From the NCBI GenBank assembly GCA_003232715.1, contig QIJG01000050.1, forward strand, positions 1 through 55,258: a stretch of DNA of 55,258 nucleotides, in the 5' to 3' direction. The stretch is from Nitrospirota bacterium (GTDB lineage Bacteria; Nitrospirota; Thermodesulfovibrionia; Thermodesulfovibrionales; JdFR-85). Every line of letters begins with the position of its first letter. The first letter of the stretch is position 1. Below are positions 18,223 through 26,267 of this stretch, piece by piece. Below the pieces are notes generated by a model. The model worked only from the letters and a program-made list of their open reading frames with translations, had not been told where the DNA came from and did no database searches. The position numbers were made by a program, and so were the translations under genes.

Positions 18223-19260
18223 TTATGCCGCCTCTCCCCTGAGTTTATAAATATAGGAAAGTATCCTGGCAATTGCCCTGTAAAGTATCTCGGGTATTTC
18301 CGTATCCACGTCCAGTTTGAAGAGTGCCTGGGCTATGGGTTTGTCCTCCACAATGGGAATGCCGGATTTGCCGGCAATATCCTTGATCCTTTCCGCCATG
18401 AAGCCGGCCCCTTTGGCAATGACCTTCGGTGCTACCATAGCAGCCCTTTCATACTTGAGTGCAATAGCTAAATGAGTCGGGTTTGTTATTATTACAGTAG
18501 CTTTAGGTACCTCCTGCATCATCCTCTTTCTCGCCATTTCTTTCTGTATGGACCTTATCCGTGCCTTTATATGCGGGTCGCCTTCTGTTGATTTATGCTC
18601 TTCCGTTACTTCTTCCTTGCTCATTCTGAGGGAGCGCTCATGTTTCCATCTCTCGTTGATGTAATCAAGAATGGATATAATAAAAAAGCAGATAAAGCTG
18701 AGTTTTATTGTATAGAAGAGCATTTCCGACATGGATACCGAAAGAGCCTGTACGTCCATAGCCATCAGGTTCAGGATCAGGGGCATGCTTTTTCCGATTA
18801 TATAATAGAGCAACAACGCACCTGCAATAAATTTGACAAGACCCTTCAGGAATTCCATTGCAGCATGTCTTGAGAACATCTTCTTTATCCCCTCAAGCGG
18901 GTTTATCGTCTCCACATCCAACTTTAAGGGTTTGATGATAAATCCCCCCTGGATGACATTGCCTGCTATTGCCATCAGAACGGCTATTGCCATAAACGGC
19001 AGCAATATCAGGACGCCTTTGACGGATAAATCCATCATTACATCCAGAGGACTATTAAGGTGTGGCAAGGTAAGCCCCTCTCTCGTAATGATCATGATAT
19101 TCTGCATGGTGGAATGTCCAATAAAAAGCATGACGAGGATAACCCCTCCCATAGAGAGCATTGAACTGAGCTCCCTGCTGCGGGCAACACGGCCCTCTTC
19201 CCTGGCCTTATGCCGTTTTTGAGGTGTCGCCTGTTCTGTTTTTTCCTGGTCATCCGCCAT
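18223..19260 (-). CDS. flhB: Flagellar export switch protein FlhB
   Basis: 345 aa. N-terminal EKTEQATPQKRHKAREEG, four TMs, and the NPTH autocleavage motif (VIITNPTHLAIAL). Confidence 0.9.
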   Translation of the reverse strand: MADDQEKTEQATPQKRHKAREEGRVARSRELSSMLSMGGVILVMLFIGHSTMQNIMIITREGLTLPHLNSPLDVMMDLSVKGVLILLPFMAIAVLMAIAGNVIQGGFIIKPLKLDVETINPLEGIKKMFSRHAAMEFLKGLVKFIAGALLLYYIIGKSMPLILNLMAMDVQALSVSMSEMLFYTIKLSFICFFIISILDYINERWKHERSLRMSKEEVTEEHKSTEGDPHIKARIRSIQKEMARKRMMQEVPKATVIITNPTHLAIALKYERAAMVAPKVIAKGAGFMAERIKDIAGKSGIPIVEDKPIAQALFKLDVDTEIPEILYRAIARILSYIYKLRGEAA

Positions 19261-20099
19261 TTATCTGGTTCCTCCCGAAAGCCGGTTAGATCCCCCTTTA
19301 TACCAATGAAATAACCGCTGAGAAGATAGATCATCAGCGGTAAGCCAAGGAGCATTACAATATATCCCAAAGTGATATATATGGGATATCCAACAAAGAA
19401 TATATTAAACTGAGGTATAAGTTTGGAGAGTATGCCAAGCAGTATATTGGTGATCATCATTACGCTTATGACAGGTGCTGAAAGTTTTATTGCCAGTATG
19501 AATATCCTGCCGCTGAGGGCTATCCCTGCACTTACCATGGACTTTATATCCGCTCCTCCGACAGCTACATGTTTAAAGCTCTCTATGAAGGCATAAATAA
19601 AATAGTGATGGGCATCAAGGCTTAAAAAAAGCAGAAAGGCTACGATGCCGTAGAGCCTGGCAATCTCTGTTGACTGACCGATCTCCGGATTAAAGACGGT
19701 TGCCAGGGAAAGACCCATTGTAGTGGCTATAATTTGTCCGGCGGTATCAACGGCATAAAAGATAAATCTCACGGTCAGGGCAAGGACAAAGGAGAAGATG
19801 GTTTCCTTTATTACCATAAGGGGAATGTCCGCCTCAGCCCAGATATTTTTTTGATTTTTCATACCTGCTTCATTTCCTGTAATCTGTTCCGTGGGAAATT
19901 GCAAGCTTTCTCCGGGTTGAATAACGGTCTGGACTATGGGGGTCAGTAGCAGGGATAGAGCAATGATAAGGCCAATCCTGAAATGGGGGGGCAAATTCTT
20001 GCTGCCAAAAAAGGGCAGGAAAGTCATTACTATCCCCAGTCTCAGAAGGACAAGGAGGAATGTCGTTACGTCGTCAGTCAGTATCTCTGTGCCTTTCAT
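19092..20099 (-). CDS. fliR: Flagellar export protein FliR (ORF reads 169 nt into flhB)
   Basis: Polytopic membrane protein in the fliPQR-flhB order. The last 55 or so codons overlap flhB out of frame and look non-native (see findings). Confidence 0.8.
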   Translation of the reverse strand: MKGTEILTDDVTTFLLVLLRLGIVMTFLPFFGSKNLPPHFRIGLIIALSLLLTPIVQTVIQPGESLQFPTEQITGNEAGMKNQKNIWAEADIPLMVIKETIFSFVLALTVRFIFYAVDTAGQIIATTMGLSLATVFNPEIGQSTEIARLYGIVAFLLFLSLDAHHYFIYAFIESFKHVAVGGADIKSMVSAGIALSGRIFILAIKLSAPVISVMMITNILLGILSKLIPQFNIFFVGYPIYITLGYIVMLLGLPLMIYLLSGYFIGIKGDLTGFREEPDKWRMTRKKQNRRHLKNGIRPGKRAVLPAAGSSVQCSLWEGLSSSCFLLDIPPCRIS

Positions 20100-20118
20100 G
20101 AAATCTCCTTGTAATCCG

Positions 20119-20376
20119 TCACTTAATATAAAAAGGTATATTAATTATCAACCGGCGGGTGAAATCCACCAGCACCTGAGCAGTCCAGGGAAGAAGGATA
20201 AAGAGACACAGAAAGACCGCCAGTATTTTGGGTACAAATGTCAGGGTGAATTCCTGGATCTGTGTAATCGCCTGGAAAAAACTGATTATAAGGCCTACTA
20301 TGAGGCTTACAAGCAGTGCAGGTCCTGAAACGAGAAGGACTGTTTTAATGACCTCTCCGGAGATATCCCTTACCAT
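20119..20376 (-). CDS. fliQ: Flagellar export protein FliQ
   Basis: GPALLVSLIVGLIISFFQAITQIQEFTLTFVPKILAV is a typical FliQ core. The ATG at 20376 gives 85 aa and avoids overlap with fliP; the ORF-track maximum start is 20427. Confidence 0.85.
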   Translation of the reverse strand: MVRDISGEVIKTVLLVSGPALLVSLIVGLIISFFQAITQIQEFTLTFVPKILAVFLCLFILLPWTAQVLVDFTRRLIINIPFYIK

Positions 20377-20384
20377 GTCTATAG

Positions 20385-21254
20385 TCAATGGAAACTCCTT
20401 ACGAGTGAGCCTATCAGGAGATTCCATCCGTCAACAAGTACAAAGAGGAGGAGCTTGAACGGCAGGGATATGATTACAGGCGGCAACATCATCATCCCCA
20501 GCGAAAGCAGTACGCTTGCGACTACCATGTCTATAACCAGGAAGGGCAGATAAATCAAAAAGCCTATCTCAAAAGCGGTCCTTAGTTCGCTGATTGCAAA
20601 GGCGGGAATTACGATCGTCAGGGACAGGTCTTCCGGCTTTTCAACCTTTTTTATACCGGCAATATCCATAAAGAGCCCGAGGTCTTTTTCTCTGGTCTGC
20701 CTCAGCATGAACCCTTTAATTGTGGGTTCCGCCTTTTTGAGAGCGCCAATAAAGGTTATCTCTTTCTGAACATAGGGGGTTACGGCATCTGCCTGAATTT
20801 TCTTTACAACAGGCGCCATGACAAAGAGTGTAAGGAAGAGGGAAAGACCTATGATGACAGGATTTGGTGGTATCTGCTGGCCTCCTATGGCATGCCTCAG
20901 GAAGGAAAGAACCACCACTATCCTTGTGAAGGACGTAAACATCACCAGTACCGCCGGGATGAATGAAAGGATGCTCAGAATGATAAAGAGATTTATCATG
21001 GGGTTGTCAATCTTTCCGAGGTCAAAGGCGTTTGCGGTTGCAGGAAAGACTGTTGAAGATACGATTACAAAGTAGAGAGTGTAAATTGCAATCTTTATAC
21101 CTTTTCTCTGAAAACATCCCCTGACATCTATCGGGTTGAACAATCCATCCAATTTAACACTAACCAATTTAACAGCGCAGGCCTTCTTGATTTCCGGATA
21201 AGGGCAGAGTGATCCGTTTTCATTTCTGCTTATGTACTTTGTAAAATGTTTCAT
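20385..21254 (-). CDS. fliP: Flagellar export protein FliP
   Basis: FTSFTRIVVVLSFLRHAIGGQQIPPNPVIIGLSLFLTLFVMAPV and the C-terminal LPFKLLLFVLVDGW motifs. ATGA overlap with the fliO stop. Confidence 0.9.
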   Translation of the reverse strand: MKHFTKYISRNENGSLCPYPEIKKACAVKLVSVKLDGLFNPIDVRGCFQRKGIKIAIYTLYFVIVSSTVFPATANAFDLGKIDNPMINLFIILSILSFIPAVLVMFTSFTRIVVVLSFLRHAIGGQQIPPNPVIIGLSLFLTLFVMAPVVKKIQADAVTPYVQKEITFIGALKKAEPTIKGFMLRQTREKDLGLFMDIAGIKKVEKPEDLSLTIVIPAFAISELRTAFEIGFLIYLPFLVIDMVVASVLLSLGMMMLPPVIISLPFKLLLFVLVDGWNLLIGSLVRSFH

Positions 21255-21568
21255 TTTCTGACAAGCAGTTCCTTAAAGCTTTTTATCTGCCGGATATTAT
21301 CCTTGAGTGTCTTGACTTCGTTTTCAAGGGCACTTTCAGGGAGTGTCTTCAGGAGTTTCAGGTCATTGGCTGTAATCCCGACAAGGAGTATCTCTTCACC
21401 TGCCTTGATTATTGCTATACCCTTTCTGGGGCCAAGGTTCAGGTATCCGAGGGTTTTGAGGATTTCTGATCTTGTGCCCGTCCTTTTTTTCATAAACCCT
21501 GCCACAACCAGTATGAGGCCGATAATGGATATAAGTGAGAGCGCTATTCTTAGAGTTTCTTCCATCAT
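21251..21568 (-). CDS. fliO: Flagellar protein FliO/FliZ
   Basis: 105 aa with a single N-terminal TM, positioned between fliN and fliP. Confidence 0.7.
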   Translation of the reverse strand: MMEETLRIALSLISIIGLILVVAGFMKKRTGTRSEILKTLGYLNLGPRKGIAIIKAGEEILLVGITANDLKLLKTLPESALENEVKTLKDNIRQIKSFKELLVRK

Positions 21569-21927
21569 TTCAATTGTCTGATCCTTTCCATTGGACTTAT
21601 AGTGTCGGTGAGCCTTACGCCGAACTTTTCGTTAACCACAACCACCTCGCCCCGTGCAATCAGTTTGTTATTGACAAGTATCTCCATAGGTTCTCCGGCC
21701 AGTTTCTCAAGCTCGAGAACAGAGCCCTGACCGAGTTGAACCAATTCCTGAATGAGCATTCTCGTCCTTCCGAGTTCGACGGTTATCTCCAGCGGTACAT
21801 CAAGCAGAAAATTTATATCCCTTACAGTCTTCTCACTACGCTCATCCGTCTGCAGTTCATCAAATCTTGCCTCTTCCGGTTCTTTACTGCCTGGTTCTTG
21901 AGTTCCGTTTGTCTTTTCATCCATCAT
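21565..21927 (-). CDS. fliN: Flagellar motor switch protein FliN
   Basis: C-terminal SpoA domain LLDVPLEITVELGRTRMLIQELVQLGQGSVLELEKLAGEPMEILVNNKLIARGEVVVVNEKFGVRL. The likely start is MMDEKT at about 21927 rather than the ORF-track maximum of 22047. Confidence 0.85.
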   Translation of the reverse strand: MMDEKTNGTQEPGSKEPEEARFDELQTDERSEKTVRDINFLLDVPLEITVELGRTRMLIQELVQLGQGSVLELEKLAGEPMEILVNNKLIARGEVVVVNEKFGVRLTDTISPMERIRQLK

Positions 21928-22912
21928 GGTTGCTCCTTTCATAATCCATTTCAATTGCCCTTGTAATCTTGACTGCCTGGCTTCCCCTGTGGTATCCCGG
22001 GGTACAGTAAAACTTCGGTACCCCTTCAACCTTGACGAGTAGTTCATCCGCCACTGATTTCCCGAGGGTTACTATATCGCCTGTCTGCAGGTTCAAAACA
22101 TCCTCAAGTTTTAACTCCGCCCTGTCAAGTTCAACAGTTATATTTACGAAAGATTCATTGAGTGATTTGACTAATCTTTTAACCCAGCGCTTATCCACGT
22201 CTATGCTGTTGCTGGTAATTCCGGAATAAAGTTTTTCCTTGATAGGCTCAACAAGTGAGTAAGGAATCGCGAGGTATATCTTCCCTGTCAGATTTTCCAT
22301 TTCCACGTGAAATTCCACCTTGATAAGCGCCTCAGTGGGAGGAATGATAGTTACAAACTGTGGATTTGTCTCGGAGCCTGTTAACTCGGTTTCCACAGTT
22401 ACAAGTGCTGATAATGCCTCTTGAAGCTCAGCGAGGGCTATTGTTAATACTTTATTAATGAGTCTCTGTTCCACAGGTGTGAAACTCCTTCCTTCTGCTT
22501 TTACAAAGCTTGCCTTGTCACCGCCGAAGAAATATTCAACAATGGCAAATATGAGGGGAGCCTCAAAGACCATCAGGGCATAGCCCTTAAGCGGGCGGAT
22601 CTTAAACATGTTTATGCTTGAAGGTAAAGGTATCGTTCTCATAAATTCTCCGAATTTCATGAGAGAGATTCCCTGGACGGTGACATCTATAAATTTACCG
22701 AGAAAGTTTGACAGAGAGACCCTGAAGAACCTTGCAAATCTTTCGTTGACCATCTCAAATCCCGGCATCCTGCCACGGATAATTCTTTCCTGGTTTGTCA
22801 GGTCATAAGTACGAAGCCCGCCGGGGGGGTCCTGTGGACTGGTTTCGACCTCGCCTTCTTTTACGCCCTTTAACAGGGCATCAACTTCATCCTGGGAAAG
22901 TATATCACTCAT
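21917..22912 (-). CDS. fliM: Flagellar motor switch protein FliM
   Basis: N-terminal CheY-P binding motif LSQDEVDALL. 331 aa, upstream of fliN. Confidence 0.9.
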   Translation of the reverse strand: MSDILSQDEVDALLKGVKEGEVETSPQDPPGGLRTYDLTNQERIIRGRMPGFEMVNERFARFFRVSLSNFLGKFIDVTVQGISLMKFGEFMRTIPLPSSINMFKIRPLKGYALMVFEAPLIFAIVEYFFGGDKASFVKAEGRSFTPVEQRLINKVLTIALAELQEALSALVTVETELTGSETNPQFVTIIPPTEALIKVEFHVEMENLTGKIYLAIPYSLVEPIKEKLYSGITSNSIDVDKRWVKRLVKSLNESFVNITVELDRAELKLEDVLNLQTGDIVTLGKSVADELLVKVEGVPKFYCTPGYHRGSQAVKITRAIEMDYERSNHDG

Positions 22913-23409
22913 TGCATCACAAAGTCGGTAAAATAGATGTTTTTAAAGACGTCCCTGCCAACCGCAGTATTTGCCCTCATCAGGAGCTCGTCCTTGAGCT
23001 GGAATTTGCCTTCAGGTGTAGATATGGATTCCGCTGTTTTGCTGCTCAGGAGGGTTATGACGGTGTCCCGCAGACGTGGTGTTCTTTCCTTCACGAGTTC
23101 CTCATATTTTATGTCCGTCATCTCGAGTTTTATTGTGACCTTCAGAAACCTTCCCCGGTCGGCAAGGTTGACAACAAACGGTGAGAGGGGGAAGAGCGCA
23201 GGCTGTTCTTCATTAAGGGTATCTCCTTTTATCGGCACTGCCTTTGTTTCAGCCTTCCTGCCCAGGAACATTGAATAAGCAAAAAAACCGCCGCCACCGA
23301 GCAAAACAATGGCTATAACAGCTATAATAATCAGCTTTAATTTGCCCTTTTTCTCCGGTTTTTTTTCTCCGGATTCCTCTTCCTGTCTCTCCTCTTTTTC
23401 TTCTGCCAT
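22909..23409 (-). CDS. fliL: Flagellar basal body-associated protein FliL
   Basis: 166 aa. Charged N-terminus, a single TM, then PLSPFVVNLADRGRFLKVTIKLEM, which is typical of FliL. Overlaps the fliM start. Confidence 0.85.
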   Translation of the reverse strand: MAEEKEERQEEESGEKKPEKKGKLKLIIIAVIAIVLLGGGGFFAYSMFLGRKAETKAVPIKGDTLNEEQPALFPLSPFVVNLADRGRFLKVTIKLEMTDIKYEELVKERTPRLRDTVITLLSSKTAESISTPEGKFQLKDELLMRANTAVGRDVFKNIYFTDFVMQ

Positions 23410-23920
23410 TCATGCCTCCTTTTTTGATTGGGCATTGGTAATTAACTTATTTAACCGTTGCCCGGTGACTATAACAACAATCATTGGCTGCTAAGTATTC
23501 AAGGAACATGCCTGTTTAGAATCTTCTTATAAATCAAGGGATAATGGGGGTGTTGTCAAGAAAATGACTCGGATGAACAGAGAGAGGATTGATGGAAAAT
23601 TGACATTGGTGGGCCGAATTCAGGGAAGGGAAACTATATCCATTGTTGCATACAACCCTATCCCTTACACTGCAGGGAACCTGTTTTGTCATACTGAGGA
23701 CAGGGTTTGCCGGGTCGTTTTCATCAAAGGTTACTTAATAAACAGCGCCTGCAACAGCCGGGTTCCACCCGGTGCCTTTACCTGGCCCCGGGATGGAATT
23801 GAACTCGCTGGTCCGGATACCTGTAAGCCCGTCTTTATCCCGGGATCAAGCTCTATGTTGTCAAGGACAACGGCAAAACGGTTGCCGTCAGCAAGCATCC
23901 TCTCCTCCTTTTCCCATGGT

Positions 23921-24847
23921 TTATACTTTCTCATCCCCGGCAATTCTGTTGAAGAGCGTGAAGAAGCTTGGAGCAGTGGTTGTGCCGTCTTTTTCGAACA
24001 TGATAAAACACTCATTGAACCACTTGACGAACCGGTCCGCATGCTCCGAGGTGTTTACCGGGTATTGACGCATCTTCCAGCGATTCTCCTCGCTGTCGTT
24101 GTAGTAAAGACTTCCGGCGTTATAGGCACAGGCGACCTTTGGTGGATCGAGGTGTGTAACCTTCCACTGCTGTGCGATAAGTGCGGTTCCCACACTTATC
24201 GAGTTCTGCGGTGCCAGCAGCCATTTCCTGTCTATGCTGTCGTCGCCGAGGACGTCCCTTGCCGTTGAGATGAGTGTCTGCATGAGGCCCGGGGAGACCT
24301 TGTCAGGGGTGTGTTCATCCGATATGTAGCCAGGCTCTTTTCTCACTGCGGCAGGGTCCCCCCTTGTCTCGGTAGATATAGTCGCTATTATAAGCTCTAC
24401 AGGCACTCCGAACTCCTGTGCCCATTCCTCTATTGCCGGCCTGAAGTCGTTCCACACACGTCTCACTGTCTTTGGTTCGCCTCCGAATGTTTCAGGTGGA
24501 CCCGTTTCGATGATTACGCCCGTGTGGTCGAGGTACCACTTGACACTGTCCCTGTAAGCGTGCGGCCTTTTCAGGTCCGGGAGAAATCCGAGGACCTTGT
24601 CAATGCCCGCTTTTCTTTCTTTATCCTGAAAAAGGGCGGTCCATGTCTGCGGACCGGCAACGCCGTCAACCTTGAGGTTATGTGAGGCCTGGAAAGCACG
24701 TACAGCGGACTCTGTCATGGAACCGAAAATACCGTCAGCTTGTCCCGTTATGGCGTACCCCCGCTTCTTCAACTGTAGTTGAAGCTCGAGGACGTCTTCG
24801 CCGTACATCAGCGGAAAGTGGTACTTTAATGCACGTGTATACGGCAT
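23921..24847 (-). CDS. Peptidoglycan-binding (PG_binding_1) + SLT-type lytic transglycosylase
   Basis: N-terminal LQLQLKKRGY...DGIFGSMTESAVRAFQASHNLKVDGVAGPQTW. C-terminal family-1 SLT motifs ISTETRG (catalytic Glu context), SPGLMQT and ACAYNAGS. Confidence 0.8.
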   Translation of the reverse strand: MPYTRALKYHFPLMYGEDVLELQLQLKKRGYAITGQADGIFGSMTESAVRAFQASHNLKVDGVAGPQTWTALFQDKERKAGIDKVLGFLPDLKRPHAYRDSVKWYLDHTGVIIETGPPETFGGEPKTVRRVWNDFRPAIEEWAQEFGVPVELIIATISTETRGDPAAVRKEPGYISDEHTPDKVSPGLMQTLISTARDVLGDDSIDRKWLLAPQNSISVGTALIAQQWKVTHLDPPKVACAYNAGSLYYNDSEENRWKMRQYPVNTSEHADRFVKWFNECFIMFEKDGTTTAPSFFTLFNRIAGDEKV

Positions 24848-24874
24848 AGGCTCTTCTCCTTGATAGAAACAATG

Positions 24875-25777
24875 CTAAGAGAACAGGACATTAAGAAATC
24901 TGCCCTGGAAGAAAGCATTTAATTCCTCTTCTTCCCCGATGCTGATCATACGGCTTGGCAGGGCAGGGTGGGGAGTCCTCCCAAGGGCCCTGGCCTTTGG
25001 AATGCCACCGGGGTTGTATGGCAGTAAAGTGGCAGTAAGGCATCCGGTGTTTTTTAAGAAGTCGGCTATATCAGCAAGGTTCTGCCTGGTTGCCGTTATC
25101 CCTGGTATGAGTGGAATCCTCGGAACAACAGGGACGGGAGCGTTCTCTGCGAGGTACGTGAAGGTTTCGAGTATCAGGCTGTTGTCCCTGCCGGTGAACT
25201 CCCTGTGTCTGTCACTGTCGATGAGTTTCAGGTCAAAGAAGATCAGATCAATATAGGGGAGTAGCTTCTCATTGAACTCCTCAAGGTTGAACATTCCCGA
25301 TGTCTGAATTGCTACATGTACTCCTTCCTCCTTCAGCCTCTGCATTACCGTCCCGACGTAATCCATGGATAGTGTTGGTTCGCCTCCGGAGAATGTAACG
25401 CCGCCTCCGGAGGTCTCGTAAAAGATGCGTTCCTTCAGGAGCGTCTCCACAAGGAGATCGATATGATAATACGAACCTATTGCACTGAGTGCCGTTGAAG
25501 GGCACTCTTCGCAGCAGGCCCCGCAGGCCGTGCATTTGTCCCTGATTACCCGTCCTCCCTCCGGTCTCATCGAAATCGCCCCTTCGGGGCAGACCTCTCT
25601 GCAGCTGCCGCAACCTATGCAACGGTCTTCGTAGAAAGCGATTTCGGCTGCAGGCGAGATCGACTCGGGGTTGTGGCACCACGCACACGATAATGGACAC
25701 CCTTTCATGAAGACGGTGCTCCTGATACCGGGGCCATCGTCGAGCGCAAAGTGGCGTATATCGAATATCAGGGGCAT
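24875..25777 (-). CDS. Glycyl-radical enzyme activating protein (radical SAM with two extra 4Fe-4S motifs)
   Basis: CX3CX2C (GCPLSCAWCHNPE) plus CIGCGSCREVCP and CTACGACCEECP. Same operon as the GRE. Confidence 0.9.
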   Translation of the reverse strand: MPLIFDIRHFALDDGPGIRSTVFMKGCPLSCAWCHNPESISPAAEIAFYEDRCIGCGSCREVCPEGAISMRPEGGRVIRDKCTACGACCEECPSTALSAIGSYYHIDLLVETLLKERIFYETSGGGVTFSGGEPTLSMDYVGTVMQRLKEEGVHVAIQTSGMFNLEEFNEKLLPYIDLIFFDLKLIDSDRHREFTGRDNSLILETFTYLAENAPVPVVPRIPLIPGITATRQNLADIADFLKNTGCLTATLLPYNPGGIPKARALGRTPHPALPSRMISIGEEEELNAFFQGRFLNVLFS

Positions 25778-25778
25778 A

Positions 25779-26240
25779 TTATGCTTCTCCTGTGGCGATC
25801 AGCTGGAGCCGTTTGGCCATGTAGGCGAATTTGTATACGTAGTTGAGATTACCGTTGAAGGTCACATCCTGTCTCAGGAGGGATCCGAGGATGTCGGGTT
25901 TCGGTGAGAGGAGATAGCCCATAAGGGCCCTTCCGTTTCTGAAGACCACGGTGACATTCGTATCCTTTAGTTCCTTCTCGCAGACCTTCATCCTGTTGTC
26001 CTTGAATGTTACGGCCACGGTTATACTGTTGTCACGGCTCTTGAAGAGGTACCGGCCGTTAAACCCCTTTATGTTCCGTCTGAAATCCCTGTTCAGGAAA
26101 AAGGCAAGGCTCATGAATTTCAGTAGCATCTCCAGGAATTCTTCGGCCGCTTCGGATTCTAGGCACTGCAGAAACCTCTTTCTGAGCCTTTTTGCCCTGA
26201 GAGGCCGAAGCAGCAACCAGTTCTGTATCTTCTCAAACAT
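25779..26240 (-). CDS. Hypothetical 153-aa protein between GRE and activase (weak SCP2-like impression)
   Basis: Tightly packed, 1 nt from the activase start and 27 nt from the GRE stop. The C-terminal pattern ...DILGSLLRQDVTFNGNLNYVYKFAYM is reminiscent of SCP2 folds. No firm motif. Confidence 0.45.
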   Translation of the reverse strand: MFEKIQNWLLLRPLRAKRLRKRFLQCLESEAAEEFLEMLLKFMSLAFFLNRDFRRNIKGFNGRYLFKSRDNSITVAVTFKDNRMKVCEKELKDTNVTVVFRNGRALMGYLLSPKPDILGSLLRQDVTFNGNLNYVYKFAYMAKRLQLIATGEA

Positions 26241-26267
26241 TTTTGCCTCCTTGTCGGTCTCTTCTCT

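Noticed and set aside
21928-22047. Extended N-termini of fliN (to 22047) and fliQ (20377-20427) in the ORF track
   Set aside because: The extensions overlap the upstream genes extensively and are not FliN- or FliQ-like. Internal ATGs give canonical lengths.
23498-23513. Sigma-54-like promoter upstream of fliL (minus strand AGGCATG-N4-TTGAA)
   Set aside because: It has three mismatches to TGGCACG-N4-TTGCW, including the conserved C of the -12 GC. It is plausible for a flagellar operon but too weak to call from sequence alone.
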